DNA of 64,000 nucleotides, taken from contig CANHCU010000005.1 of assembly GCA_947459185.1 (NCBI GenBank), forward strand, positions 7,161-71,160. The letters are read 5' to 3'. This document shows, one piece after another, positions 19,738-31,333 of the stretch (position 1 is its first letter; every line of letters starts with the position of its first letter). The stretch comes from Planctomycetaceae bacterium. Its GTDB lineage: Bacteria; Planctomycetota; Planctomycetia; Pirellulales; UBA1268. The position numbers and the translations under genes were made by a program. Under the pieces are notes generated by a model. It did not search any database, was not told the DNA's origin, and was given only the letters and a program-made list of their open reading frames with translations.

Positions 19738-20736
19738 ATGCCAATCTCTCGCCGTGACTTTCTGCTTGCCGGCTCAGCCGGCACATGCCTGGCCGCCGCT
19801 GGCATGCCCTCTTCGGCAAACGCCGCGCCTCCGCGGTCGCGCCGCCTGCGGATCGCGCACCTCACCGACATCCATCTCCAGCCAGAACTCCAGGCTGCCC
19901 GCGGTCTTGCGACCTGCTTCGCGCATGTACAGACGCGGCCGGTCGCCGCCAGTGGTGGCGTGGCGGGCGATGGGGGCGACGGCAGCCCGCCCGATCTGAT
20001 CATCACCGGTGGCGATACGATCATGGACGCCTTCGAGGCCGACATGGCCCGCACGAAACTGCAGTGGGAACTGTGGCGGAAGGTGAAGGCCGACCACTGC
20101 GGAATCGAGATACACAGCGTCGTGGGCAACCATGATGTCTGGGGCTGGGCCCACGCGAAGGCCGGCACGACCGGCGACGAGCCGCTCTATGGGAAGCGTT
20201 GGGTGTGTGACGAATTCGGACGCGATCTGCCTTACACGAGCTTCGATCGCGGCGGCTGGCACATCGTGCTGATCGACAGCATCTTTCCCGATGAACAGCG
20301 ATATATCGGCCGGCTGGACGAAGCCCAGTGGGACTGGCTGGAACGCGATCTGGCGGCCATCGATCCGGCGACGCCGGTGATCCTCTTCTCGCACATGCCG
20401 ATTCTGTCCGCCACGCCGCTGGCGGTGGCGGGGCCATCGGCGCCGGGGACCACTGGCATCCAGGTGCCGGGCAAGTTCATGCACGTTGACGGCGACCGCT
20501 TTCAAAACTTGTTTGCCCGGCGTCGCAATATCAAGGCCTGCGCCTCCGGCCACATGCACCTCATCGAGCAACTCGACTATCAGGGTGTGCGGTACCTCTG
20601 CAACGGCGCGGTATCGGCCGGGTGGTGGAAGGGCCGAAACCGCGACACCGATTTCGGCTATGCGGTCGTCGATCTGTTTGATGACGGCACTGTCGAACGT
20701 CGCTACGTGCCCTACGGTTGGGCGGCGGCAACGTGA
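19738..20736 (+). CDS. Tat-exported calcineurin-like metallophosphoesterase
   Basis: SRRDFL Tat motif; DIH, GGD, GNHD, SH and GHMH metal ligands. Confidence 0.9.
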   Translation: MPISRRDFLLAGSAGTCLAAAGMPSSANAAPPRSRRLRIAHLTDIHLQPELQAARGLATCFAHVQTRPVAASGGVAGDGGDGSPPDLIITGGDTIMDAFEADMARTKLQWELWRKVKADHCGIEIHSVVGNHDVWGWAHAKAGTTGDEPLYGKRWVCDEFGRDLPYTSFDRGGWHIVLIDSIFPDEQRYIGRLDEAQWDWLERDLAAIDPATPVILFSHMPILSATPLAVAGPSAPGTTGIQVPGKFMHVDGDRFQNLFARRRNIKACASGHMHLIEQLDYQGVRYLCNGAVSAGWWKGRNRDTDFGYAVVDLFDDGTVERRYVPYGWAAAT

Positions 20737-21737
20737 GCGGGACCAACAGCGGGGCTCCGGCGGTGGTCGTCGAGGCACGCCCGACCATCAGGCTGAAGTT
20801 CGTCGGCTTTTGGGACGGCTTCGACACACACGACAACTTCTTCACGCGGCTGCTGGGCCGACGGTACCACCTCGAACTCTGCGACGATCCGGACTTCGTT
20901 ATCTTCTCGTATGTCGGCGAGCGGCGACGGGACTATCGCCGCTGGAACTGCCTGCGGATCTTCTACACAGGTGAGAACATCCCGCCCGACTGGAGCGCGT
21001 GCGACTGGGCGTTTTCGTTCGAACACACGGCCCATCCCCGCCATTTTCGCATGCCCCATTGGCCGTTCTATGTCGATCCGATGGCGCTCGTGAAGCCGCC
21101 CGACCATAATCCAGCCGCTGTTCTGGCCGGCAAGCAACGCTTCTGCGCGTTCGTTGTCTCCAATCCGCTGTGTCGGACTCGAAACGACTTTTTCAGAAGA
21201 CTCTCCCGCTACAAGCCCGTTGACTCCGGTGGCAAGGTGCTCAACACGCTCGGGCACCGGGTGGGGGACAAGCAGGCCTTCTTGCGCGACTACAAGTTCA
21301 CGATCGCCTTTGAGAACGAGTCGCACCCGGGCTACACCACGGAAAAGATCGTCGAACCGATGCTGGCCAACTCGATTCCGATCTACTGGGGCGACCCCCT
21401 CGTGGGCCGAGACTTCGACACACGGAGTTTTCTCTCGGCGCACGATTCCCCCTCGCTCGACGACCTCGTTGAACGGGTGATCGAAGTGGACCGCAACCCC
21501 GCCCTCCATCTCGAGCTGCTCAGCCGTCCGTGGTTTCGCGACAACCGGGTGCCGGCCTGTGCCGACAGCAGGCAGATCCTCGACCAGTTCACGCGTATCT
21601 TCTCCACGCCCGTCGCACCAGTCGCCCGCAGTCGCAGCGTCAACCACCTGCTGGGCATCGACCGCCTGCCCGCGGAGGTGGCGAGCCTCCAACGGCGGAT
21701 CCGCCGGAAATACTGGAAAATCACCCGCAACGCCTGA
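20733..21737 (+). CDS. Glycosyltransferase family 10 (alpha-1,3-fucosyltransferase-like)
   Basis: FYTGEN, FC.FVVSN, VDSGG, YKFTIAFEN...GYTTEK...M....IPIYWG; GTGA overlap with the upstream gene. Confidence 0.9.
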   Translation: MSGTNSGAPAVVVEARPTIRLKFVGFWDGFDTHDNFFTRLLGRRYHLELCDDPDFVIFSYVGERRRDYRRWNCLRIFYTGENIPPDWSACDWAFSFEHTAHPRHFRMPHWPFYVDPMALVKPPDHNPAAVLAGKQRFCAFVVSNPLCRTRNDFFRRLSRYKPVDSGGKVLNTLGHRVGDKQAFLRDYKFTIAFENESHPGYTTEKIVEPMLANSIPIYWGDPLVGRDFDTRSFLSAHDSPSLDDLVERVIEVDRNPALHLELLSRPWFRDNRVPACADSRQILDQFTRIFSTPVAPVARSRSVNHLLGIDRLPAEVASLQRRIRRKYWKITRNA

Positions 21738-21802
21738 ACATGTGGGCGATTGCCTGCTTGGCCGGCATGACGCATACTCCCTCACCCGAGGAGGATCAAC
21801 CC

Positions 21803-23347
21803 ATGACAGCTTCCGGTTATGTCACCGACGTCGCGTATGTTCCAGGCTTCTACCCGCAGATGTCGCCTGTCGCGATGCGGTATGTCGCCGCGCTCAACGG
21901 CGTCGTGCCGCCCAGCACCGTAGACGGCTTCCGCTTTCTCGAACTCGGCTGTGGCCTCGGCCGCTGCTTTACCACGCTCGCCGCCGCCCACCCCCGCGGT
22001 GAGTTCGTGGGCGTGGATCTGAATCCCGACCACACCGCGGCCGCTGCCCGCGACATCGCCGCGGGTAAACTCGCAAACGCGCGGGTCATCACAGCCGATT
22101 TCGGCCATCTGCCGACCGATCTGGGCTCGTTTGATTTTCTGGCGTTGCATGGTGTCTATAGCTGGGTGGCACCGAGCGTGCGCGAGGAGCTTCTGGCGAT
22201 CGCCCGCGAACGGCTCGCTCCCGGCGGTTTGCTGCTGGTGAGCTACAACGCCATGCCTGGCTGGGCGCATCTGCAGCCAATCCGCGGCATCCTGCGGCAG
22301 TATGCCGCGTTGCGACAGGGCGACAGCGAGCAGCGGGTCAGGGACGCGGTGGCCTATCTCGTCTTCATGCGGGAGAAGCAGGCAAGATACTTCGAGGACA
22401 ATCCCCGCGCCGCCGCCTACGTTGATGCCCTGCTGCAACAGGATCCCCGGTACCTCGTTCACGAATATATGAACGAGCACTGGACCAGCTTCTACTTTGC
22501 CGAGGTGGCAGGGGCATTTGGGCAGGAAGGACTCTCCTTCGTCGGCAGCCTGCCGGTGTTCACCAATTTCTGGGACCTCTGCGTGCGGCCGGAGTTTCAG
22601 GAACTATTTCGGACAACGACGAACCGGCTCGTTACCGAGGCCCACAAGGATTTCTGTGCTAACACGGCATTCCGCTGGGACATCTACGCGAAGTCGCCGC
22701 GACTGATGCGCGACTTGGGCGCGAGATTGCAGGAGGTGGACGATCTCCACTACCGCGTCGCGAGGCCAGACATTGCGCTGCCCTACCAGGCGAATCTGGG
22801 CGTCGTCACCTCGACCGTGCAGGGACCGCTCTACCAGTCGCTGCTGGGGATTCTGGGGAGCCGGAGCCTGCGACTCTCCGAGATCGTGGCGGCCGAGGAA
22901 CTGCGTGGCACGCCGCCGGCCGACATCGTCCGGGCCGTCGATGCGGGCGTGGCCATGGGCATGTTTGACATCACCGCCGGAGCGATCGGGGAGGCCCCTG
23001 CGGCTCCGGCAGATGCGATCTCGATTACAAGCCCGTTCAACCGCGCCCTGCTCGAGACCGATTCGTTGGGCGGCCGGTCGCTGGCGCTGGCCAGCACGCT
23101 CACCGGCACCGGTCACTCGGTCGGCGATCTCGATGCGGCGATCCTCCACGAACTCTCCGCACGCGGCCGCGATGGGCTGGCCTCACGGGTGGCGAAGCGG
23201 CTGGAAGCGAGCGGCCGCACGCTCCAGCAGAACGGCCAGCCCGTCAACGACGCTACCAAGCGGAGCCAACTCGTCGAGGAGGCATGTCAGGCATTTATCC
23301 GCATGAGCCTGCCCGAACTGGTTCGCCTGGGCATCGTGACGGCGTAA
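21803..23347 (+). CDS. Class I SAM methyltransferase with methyltransferase regulatory domain
   Basis: GYVTDV.Y, LELGCG.G, FD...LHGVYSWV, SYN..PGW, YL.HEY.NE.W, N..FR.D.Y. Confidence 0.85.
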   Translation: MTASGYVTDVAYVPGFYPQMSPVAMRYVAALNGVVPPSTVDGFRFLELGCGLGRCFTTLAAAHPRGEFVGVDLNPDHTAAAARDIAAGKLANARVITADFGHLPTDLGSFDFLALHGVYSWVAPSVREELLAIARERLAPGGLLLVSYNAMPGWAHLQPIRGILRQYAALRQGDSEQRVRDAVAYLVFMREKQARYFEDNPRAAAYVDALLQQDPRYLVHEYMNEHWTSFYFAEVAGAFGQEGLSFVGSLPVFTNFWDLCVRPEFQELFRTTTNRLVTEAHKDFCANTAFRWDIYAKSPRLMRDLGARLQEVDDLHYRVARPDIALPYQANLGVVTSTVQGPLYQSLLGILGSRSLRLSEIVAAEELRGTPPADIVRAVDAGVAMGMFDITAGAIGEAPAAPADAISITSPFNRALLETDSLGGRSLALASTLTGTGHSVGDLDAAILHELSARGRDGLASRVAKRLEASGRTLQQNGQPVNDATKRSQLVEEACQAFIRMSLPELVRLGIVTA

Positions 23348-23351
23348 TGCC

Positions 23352-24317
23352 TCACCGCTGGATGGGCACCAACGGCGGATTGGCGACGTTCGGTGCCGGT
23401 GCAGGCACCGCCGGCTGTGGCTGCAATGGCTGAATCGGCAGCGGCGGCTGCAGCGGCTGAATCGGCTGCTGTTGCACAGGAAATCCCCCTGGAAATCCAG
23501 ATGGCTGGGGGGTGAATGCGGGCTGCGCCGGAGGGATTGCCATCGGGAATCCCGACGCCGTCACGGCGGGCGGGGCCGCTGCGACCATCTGACGCGAACG
23601 GATATTGAGATCGTTGATGAGTTGTTGGACTTCCTGATGGACGGCAATGCCGCGGTTTTGGAAGACATCGGCCGGTGTGACACCGAAACGCCCGTAGAGC
23701 ACCGAGTTGGCGTTGTTGTCCACGGAAAGATCGGCACCGCCGAGCGACACGCCCATGAACAGCCCGCGGCTGCGGGCATACGAATAGATTTCAGCGCCGA
23801 GCTTGGCGTCGGTTCCCGCATTGGCCTGCACGCCGACCGGGCCAGCCGCCACAGACGCATCGGCACCGAGCGTGACCTTCTGTCCCTGCAGCACGCCGTT
23901 GAGACTTCGCGGCGTGGCAAACACAAGCAGGATGTCGGCCGACTGCACGCCCACCTGGAATCCGACACTGCCGCCCCCCATCGTCACCATCACCGGCGGG
24001 CTCCACGTACGATCGGGGTTGCGGACGTGGAGTACACCCTTCCCATAGTTGACACCGAGGATGAAGCCCCCCTTGATCATATTGGGGAAGATCGCCACGC
24101 CCTCAGCCTTCTGCAGCATCGCTGCCGGGAGCGACTCGCCTGGATTGACGAAGAATTGGTCGAGCGACTGGCGGGCGCTTACGACGGTCTGCACCTCCTG
24201 CTCGCCGGCGATGGCCTGGGCCGCGGCTGGCCGCACACCACAGCACACCACCACACAGCAGACCACGAAACCCCAGGCAACGAAACCGAAGGCAAATCGG
24301 GCAGACATCGATCGCAT
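23352..24317 (-). CDS. Secreted SYLF/Ysc84 lipid-binding domain protein with a Pro/Gln-rich tail
   Basis: Signal peptide, IFP...KGGF..G...G.G, GGSVG.Q.G.Q, GADASVAAGPVG, SY.RSRGLF.G.SL.G. Confidence 0.9.
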   Translation of the reverse strand: MRSMSARFAFGFVAWGFVVCCVVVCCGVRPAAAQAIAGEQEVQTVVSARQSLDQFFVNPGESLPAAMLQKAEGVAIFPNMIKGGFILGVNYGKGVLHVRNPDRTWSPPVMVTMGGGSVGFQVGVQSADILLVFATPRSLNGVLQGQKVTLGADASVAAGPVGVQANAGTDAKLGAEIYSYARSRGLFMGVSLGGADLSVDNNANSVLYGRFGVTPADVFQNRGIAVHQEVQQLINDLNIRSRQMVAAAPPAVTASGFPMAIPPAQPAFTPQPSGFPGGFPVQQQPIQPLQPPLPIQPLQPQPAVPAPAPNVANPPLVPIQR

Positions 24318-24420
24318 GACGCATCCCTTCGCGGCGAGGAACCAACAGGGCTGACAGACTATCCCGCCAGTGGCCTTCCGGTCGACGTCAGTTCCGGGAG
24401 CCGAATTCGCGATCCACGCG

Positions 24421-24484
24421 ATCCCATAGCTGGCGCTCCGGGCTTTTATGGGGGCATACAAGCCCCCGGCGCGAGCCGGGGGAT
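24421..24484. repeat. Inverted pair of REP-like hairpins (cluster 3)
   Basis: AAAAGCCCGGAGCGCCAGCTATGGGAT on -, then CATACAAGCCCCCGGCGCGAGCCGGGGGAT on + (one mismatch to 41051-41080). Confidence 0.75.
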
Positions 24485-24532
24485 GTGGCTTGGGTTCCGC
24501 GAAATGGCGATGGACTGCCTCGCCGGAGCGGC

Positions 24533-25612
24533 TCACGCCAGCCGGGCGTGGGCCTCGAGGATCAACTCCTCCGTCTCCCCCCAGCCGATGCACCCGTCGG
24601 TGACCGACACGCCATACTGCAACTGGGAGCGGTCGCTCTTCACCGGTTGGCTGCCGGGATGGATGTTGCTCTCAAGCATCATTCCCACGATCGACCGGTC
24701 GCCTGCCACGCGTTGCGAGAGCACGTCGCGCCAGACGATCGACTGCCGGCGATGATCCTTGCCGGAGTTGGCATGGCTGCAGTCAACGATCACGCAGGCG
24801 GGCAGACCTGCCGCCTCCAGTTTCGCGCGGGCCTCGTGGAGAACCTCGGGGGAATAGTTCGAGCCGCTGCGGCCACCGCGGAGCATCAGCACACCCCAGG
24901 GGTTGCCGGTGGTCGTGACAACACAGGTGCCACCGTCGTTGTCGATGCCGAGGAAGCTGTGGGAGGCGCGTGACGACTGCATCGCATCGACGGCGGCCTG
25001 GAGCGAGCCGTCGGTGGAATTCTTGAATCCCACCGGCATCGACAGCCCACTGGCCATCTGCCGATGCGTGGGCGATTCGGTCGTGCGGGCGCCGATGGCG
25101 CCGAGCACGATCGTGTCGGCGATGTATTGCGGCGTGATCGGCTCGAGGAACTCGGTCGCCGTAGGCAGCCCCATTCTGGCGATCTCGATGAGCAGCCCGC
25201 GGGCCAGCCGCAGGCCGGTGGCCACGTCGAAGGTATCGTCGAGGTGTGGATCGTTGATCAGCCCCTTCCAGCCGACCGTCGTCCGCGGCTTCTCGAAATA
25301 GACCCGCATCACGACGAGCAGGCGGTCGTTCACCCGCTCTGCCAGTTTCAGCAGCCGCGCGGCGTAGTCGCGGGCTGCGTCAAGGTCGTGGATCGAACAC
25401 GGGCCGACGATGGCCATCAGACGGGAATCCTCTCCGGCAAGGACCCGTTCGATCGCCTGCCTGCCCTCTACGACCGTTCGGGTGGCAGCCTCATCGAGCG
25501 GCAGAAGTGCCGCCAGCCGGGCCGGAGGCACCAGAGGCTCCAGGCTGCGAATACGGAGGTTTGACGTGGACGGCACGGCGGCAATCGGACCAGCGATGGC
25601 GGGATAATTCAT
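24533..25612 (-). CDS. 3-deoxy-7-phosphoheptulonate (DAHP) synthase, class I-alpha
   Basis: GPCSIHD, RVYFEKPRTTVGWKG, IGARTTES, GFKN.TDG, DCSHANS, SVTDGC. Confidence 0.95.
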   Translation of the reverse strand: MNYPAIAGPIAAVPSTSNLRIRSLEPLVPPARLAALLPLDEAATRTVVEGRQAIERVLAGEDSRLMAIVGPCSIHDLDAARDYAARLLKLAERVNDRLLVVMRVYFEKPRTTVGWKGLINDPHLDDTFDVATGLRLARGLLIEIARMGLPTATEFLEPITPQYIADTIVLGAIGARTTESPTHRQMASGLSMPVGFKNSTDGSLQAAVDAMQSSRASHSFLGIDNDGGTCVVTTTGNPWGVLMLRGGRSGSNYSPEVLHEARAKLEAAGLPACVIVDCSHANSGKDHRRQSIVWRDVLSQRVAGDRSIVGMMLESNIHPGSQPVKSDRSQLQYGVSVTDGCIGWGETEELILEAHARLA

Positions 25613-25745
25613 TGGTCTACTCTACACCACGTCTTCCAGCACGTCCCGGCCGCGGAATTCAGGCAAGACTTACGGGCTGCCGGAAGGACGGCAGCCCGAT
25701 TCCTCACCCCGCCCCTGTTCTGACTGCCCTTGTGGGCACACCAGC

Positions 25746-26099
25746 ATGCGACGTCGCCGCCGCCCTCTGGGCGGATCTCCGAAGCTGCACCATCGGGTCT
25801 ACTGCATCGAACTGCATCCGGAAGTCAGGCGGCAGGTCCGCTTCCGCCGGCAGAATCCGCATGCCCGGCATGACGCCACATGCCTCTATGTCGGCTCGAC
25901 GGGCCTCGATCCCGAGGCCCGTTTCGAGAATCATCTCCGTGGCCACAAGGGCTGCCCGCTGGTGCGAACCTACGGCATCCGCCTGCGGCCCGACCTCTTT
26001 GCTGATTTTCCTGCCATGACGTGGGAAGACGCGGTCGCCACGGAAGCGGCCTATGCGCAGGAACTCCGCGAACTTCTCTACGCCGTCTACCAGCACTGA
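25746..26099 (+). CDS. Small GIY-YIG-like domain protein
   Basis: VY.IEL...LYVGST...ARF.NH..G and a distal Glu (ATEAAY) follow the GIY-YIG pattern. Confidence 0.6.
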   Translation: MRRRRRPLGGSPKLHHRVYCIELHPEVRRQVRFRRQNPHARHDATCLYVGSTGLDPEARFENHLRGHKGCPLVRTYGIRLRPDLFADFPAMTWEDAVATEAAYAQELRELLYAVYQH

Positions 26100-26163
26100 C
26101 CGGCAGCCGACAGTCCCCCGCGACTCCAGCGACCGCGGCTTTCCCCACGCGCACGCCGGGCAT

Positions 26164-26192
26164 TTGACCGACCGCGGCGAGGCTGGTTCAAT
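26164..26192 (+). promoter_or_regulatory. Sigma70-type promoter of the pyrG operon
   Basis: TTGACC-N17-TTCAAT with a TGn extension. Confidence 0.5.
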
Positions 26193-26235
26193 CCGGTCGC
26201 GGGCTCGCGATAGCGCGGCCGCCAGGAGGCCTTGA

Positions 26236-27891
<1,656 letters not shown>

Positions 27892-27902
27892 GGAACACCA
27901 TC

Positions 27903-28232
27903 ATGAACCAAGCTTATGACGACGAGCCGTCCGACGACATTCTCTCCGCCGGCGATGCTGGCGATTCCGCTGGCGGAGGGCAGCCGCCGCCGGCGACATT
28001 CGAATTTCTTGCGCATACCCTCTTCACGCAGGCGTTGATGGCCTTGGGCAGGATTCCCAACCCGATCACCCAGAAAGCACACCGCAACCTGCCGACGGCA
28101 CGGCACTTCATCGACACGCTCGCGATGCTCGAGCAGAAGACCGCCGGCAACCTCTCGGAAGACGAGCGACGGGTGCTGGAGGAGATCCAGCACCAGTTGA
28201 GGATGATGTACATGAGTGAGCAGCCATCATGA
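27903..28232 (+). CDS. DUF1844 domain protein
   Basis: PPATF..L...L.TQAL.ALG.IP.P...ARHFID.L.ML..KT.GNL...E. Confidence 0.85.
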   Translation: MNQAYDDEPSDDILSAGDAGDSAGGGQPPPATFEFLAHTLFTQALMALGRIPNPITQKAHRNLPTARHFIDTLAMLEQKTAGNLSEDERRVLEEIQHQLRMMYMSEQPS

Positions 28233-29119
28233 CGGCCACACTGCTCGACGGCCGGGCACTCGCTACACGAATCGAAACCTCGTTGCAGGGCGAGGTTGAC
28301 ACGTTCGCAACGGTGTTCCATCGCCGGCCGCGACTGGTGGTGGTGCTCGTCGGTGATCTGGCAGCCAGCGGCTCCTACGTGAAAAGCAAGGCGGCGGCGG
28401 CCGGTCGCGTGGGGATCGATTCGGAGGTGGTGCGTGTGCCGGCCTCCGCAACCACCGAAGAGCTGGTGGCGCTCGTGGCCGCGATCGCCCGCGACGAACA
28501 TGGCCCAGCCGACGGCATCCTCGTGCAGTTGCCACTTCCGGAGCATGTGGACACGGTCGCGGTGCTCGACGCCGTGCCGCCCGACCGCGACGTTGACGGC
28601 TTTCATCCCGAGAATGCCGGTCTGCTGTCACAGGGTCGGCCCCGTTTCGTGCCGTGCACCGCCGCGGGCGTACAGCGGATGCTGATCGACGCCGGTATCG
28701 AAACCGCTGGACGCCATGCCGTGATCGTCGGCCGCAGTGACATCGTCGGCAAGCCGCTGGCACTGCTCCTGGCTTCACGGGGGCCGGGCGGTGACGCCAC
28801 GGTCACGATCTGCCACAGCCGCTCTTCTGATCTGGCTGCCATCACACGGCAGGCAGACATTCTGGTGGCCGCCGTTGGCAGGCCCCGACTCGTCACCGCC
28901 GACATGGTGAAGCCGGGGGCCGCGGTGATCGATGTGGGCATCAACCGGATCGCCGGGCCGGACGGCAGCGGAAAACTCGTCGGCGACGTCGATTTTGACG
29001 CCGTTCGCGCGGTGGCCGGCTCGATCTCGCCGGTCCCGGGAGGGGTAGGACCGCTGACGGTGGCCATGCTCCTCGCCAACACCCTGCTCGCCGCCGAGCT
29101 GCGGGCCGGCCGCGGCTGA
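28229..29119 (+). CDS. folD: Methylenetetrahydrofolate dehydrogenase/cyclohydrolase
   Basis: YVKSK, GILVQLPLP, DVDGFHP, PCT, GRS.IVGKP, IDVGIN, PVPGGVGP.T. Confidence 0.97.
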   Translation: MTATLLDGRALATRIETSLQGEVDTFATVFHRRPRLVVVLVGDLAASGSYVKSKAAAAGRVGIDSEVVRVPASATTEELVALVAAIARDEHGPADGILVQLPLPEHVDTVAVLDAVPPDRDVDGFHPENAGLLSQGRPRFVPCTAAGVQRMLIDAGIETAGRHAVIVGRSDIVGKPLALLLASRGPGGDATVTICHSRSSDLAAITRQADILVAAVGRPRLVTADMVKPGAAVIDVGINRIAGPDGSGKLVGDVDFDAVRAVAGSISPVPGGVGPLTVAMLLANTLLAAELRAGRG

Positions 29120-29371
29120 ACCGGCGGCTGATGCGCTGGGAGCCTCATTTGGGGGCCCATTTTGCCCCGATAACTTCACCTTGTTCGACCGGCTCGCGAT
29201 CTCTATCTTCCCTGCCCGCACGGGATCGCGCACCGGGGCAAAGCCCCCAGATTGCCCGCTCCTGTGCATCCTCCCCGCGCTGTCCTCGTACGGCACGTGG
29301 TGGGGTCGCAGACGCGGTCGTTCCGATGCTTGAGGAACCTTTCCTCCCAGGCATGCCGAAAGCTCCGGTCC

Positions 29372-31321
29372 ATGAATCACTTTCTTCGAGCGCTTCGCGA
29401 CGCGGTCAAAAGCTGGCCGTTCCTGCTCGCGGCCTTCTTCTGCTCAGCCTGCGTCGCAGGGCTGTGGGGCGCCAACATCGCCGCCCTCTTTCCGGTCATC
29501 GAAGTAACGCTCAACGGCGAGTCGCTCCAATCGTGGAACGGGCGGCGGTTGGTCGATGCACAGAACCGCATCGACGCCGGCGACCAAGAAGCGTCCGACC
29601 TGAAGGCGTCGCTGGCCGCGAACACCATCGCCGATGCCGCGGCCACGAAGGCGCGGAGCCGCATCGACACACTGGCCCTGAACCGTCGCGGCGACGAGGC
29701 GGTCGTCTATTCGGCCAGAAACCTGGCCCCGTGGCTCGACCGATTCCTGCCGAAGGATCCGTTCCAGACGGTGCTGATGGTGGTGACACTGATCGTCTTC
29801 AGCACGTTTTTGAAGCACGTCTTCATGCTGGCCGGCACGATGATGGTGGGATGGGTGGCGATGAACATCAGCCGCGATCTCCGCTTGCGGGTGTTCGACA
29901 AGGCGATTGAACTCGACAGGGCCCAGTTCATGCGGCACGGTTCGGCCGGCTTCATGTCACAGTTGACCCACACCACCGACATGCTGGCTGGAGGCATTAC
30001 AGCCGTCTACGGCGGCGCCGTCACGGAACCGCTCAAGATCATCGCCTGCCTCGCCGGAGCCTTCTGCATCTCCTGGCAGCTCACGCTTGCGTGCCTGACG
30101 CTGGCACCGGTTGTCGGCTTCCTGATGGTCTGGCTGAACCGCCGCATCCGCAGCGTGTCGAAGCACATCCTCTCGAGGTCCAAGGGCTTCCACCACGTGC
30201 TGCTCGAGACGCTCAACAACGTGCTCACCGTGCAGGCCTACACGATGGAAGACTTCGAGCGGCAGCGTTTTCGCAATTGCACGGGCGACATGCTCCGCAC
30301 CGGCATGTGGCACACCTTCTATTTCGCCCTGGCGAATCCGATCACGGAGATCCTCGGCATCGGCATGGTGGCCACGTCGATCGCCGTCGGTGCCTGGCTC
30401 GTGATCAACCAGCAGACCCAGATCTTTGGCATCACCATGACCGACCGGCCGATGACCGTGCCGGGGATCATGGTCTTCTTCGGGATGCTCATCGGCGCCA
30501 GCGACCCTGTTCGGAAGCTCTCCGGCGTGCTCACCGGCCTCAACATGGGCGTCGTCGGCGCGCAGGCGCTCTACCCGCTGCTTGACACTCCCTCCAAGCT
30601 TCGCGAAGCCGCGGCGCCGAAGACCCTCCCTTCGCCCCACCGCGAGATCAGCCTGCGGAACGTGTCGTTCAGCTACGACGGCATCGATACGGTCGTCCGG
30701 AACGTGAACCTGTCGATCCGGTTTGGCGAGCGGGTGGCGATCGTCGGCCCGAACGGCGGCGGCAAGAGCACGCTCATCAACCTCATCTGCCGGTTCTACG
30801 ACCCCACGGGAGGCGATGTTCTGCTCGACGGCGTGCCGCTCACCGAACTGGCGCTGCACGATGTCCGACGCCGCATCTCGCTGGTCACGCAGCAGACCGA
30901 ACTGTTCAACGAATCGATCCTCTACAACATCCGCTACGGCCGCTGGGATGCGACCGAAGAGGAGATCATCTCGGCCGCAAAGCAGGCGCATGCCCACGAA
31001 TTCATCGCCGATTTCCCTGACGGCTACCACACGATGGTCGGCCCCAACGGCTTTCGGCTCTCGGGCGGCCAGCGGCAGCGGATCGCGTTGGCCCGGGCAA
31101 TCCTGCGGAACGCCGAGATTCTGGTCCTCGACGAGGCAACGAGCCAGGTGGACGTGGAGAGCGAACGGTTGATCCACGAATCGCTGGCTCGCTACGTGGA
31201 AAACCGCACCGTGATCATGATCACCCATCGCGCCAGCACGCTGGCTCTGGCAGATGCGATCGTGCACGTCGAGCATGGCACCGCCACGAAGAAGCCAGCT
31301 GCGCAGCATCGGGCAGCTTGA
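29372..31321 (+). CDS. ABC exporter, fused permease/ATPase (MsbA-like)
   Basis: N-terminal TM domain, Walker A GPNGGGKS, LSGGQRQR, LVLDEATS, H-loop. Confidence 0.93.
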   Translation: MNHFLRALRDAVKSWPFLLAAFFCSACVAGLWGANIAALFPVIEVTLNGESLQSWNGRRLVDAQNRIDAGDQEASDLKASLAANTIADAAATKARSRIDTLALNRRGDEAVVYSARNLAPWLDRFLPKDPFQTVLMVVTLIVFSTFLKHVFMLAGTMMVGWVAMNISRDLRLRVFDKAIELDRAQFMRHGSAGFMSQLTHTTDMLAGGITAVYGGAVTEPLKIIACLAGAFCISWQLTLACLTLAPVVGFLMVWLNRRIRSVSKHILSRSKGFHHVLLETLNNVLTVQAYTMEDFERQRFRNCTGDMLRTGMWHTFYFALANPITEILGIGMVATSIAVGAWLVINQQTQIFGITMTDRPMTVPGIMVFFGMLIGASDPVRKLSGVLTGLNMGVVGAQALYPLLDTPSKLREAAAPKTLPSPHREISLRNVSFSYDGIDTVVRNVNLSIRFGERVAIVGPNGGGKSTLINLICRFYDPTGGDVLLDGVPLTELALHDVRRRISLVTQQTELFNESILYNIRYGRWDATEEEIISAAKQAHAHEFIADFPDGYHTMVGPNGFRLSGGQRQRIALARAILRNAEILVLDEATSQVDVESERLIHESLARYVENRTVIMITHRASTLALADAIVHVEHGTATKKPAAQHRAA

Positions 31322-31333
31322 TAGACTGCGGCC

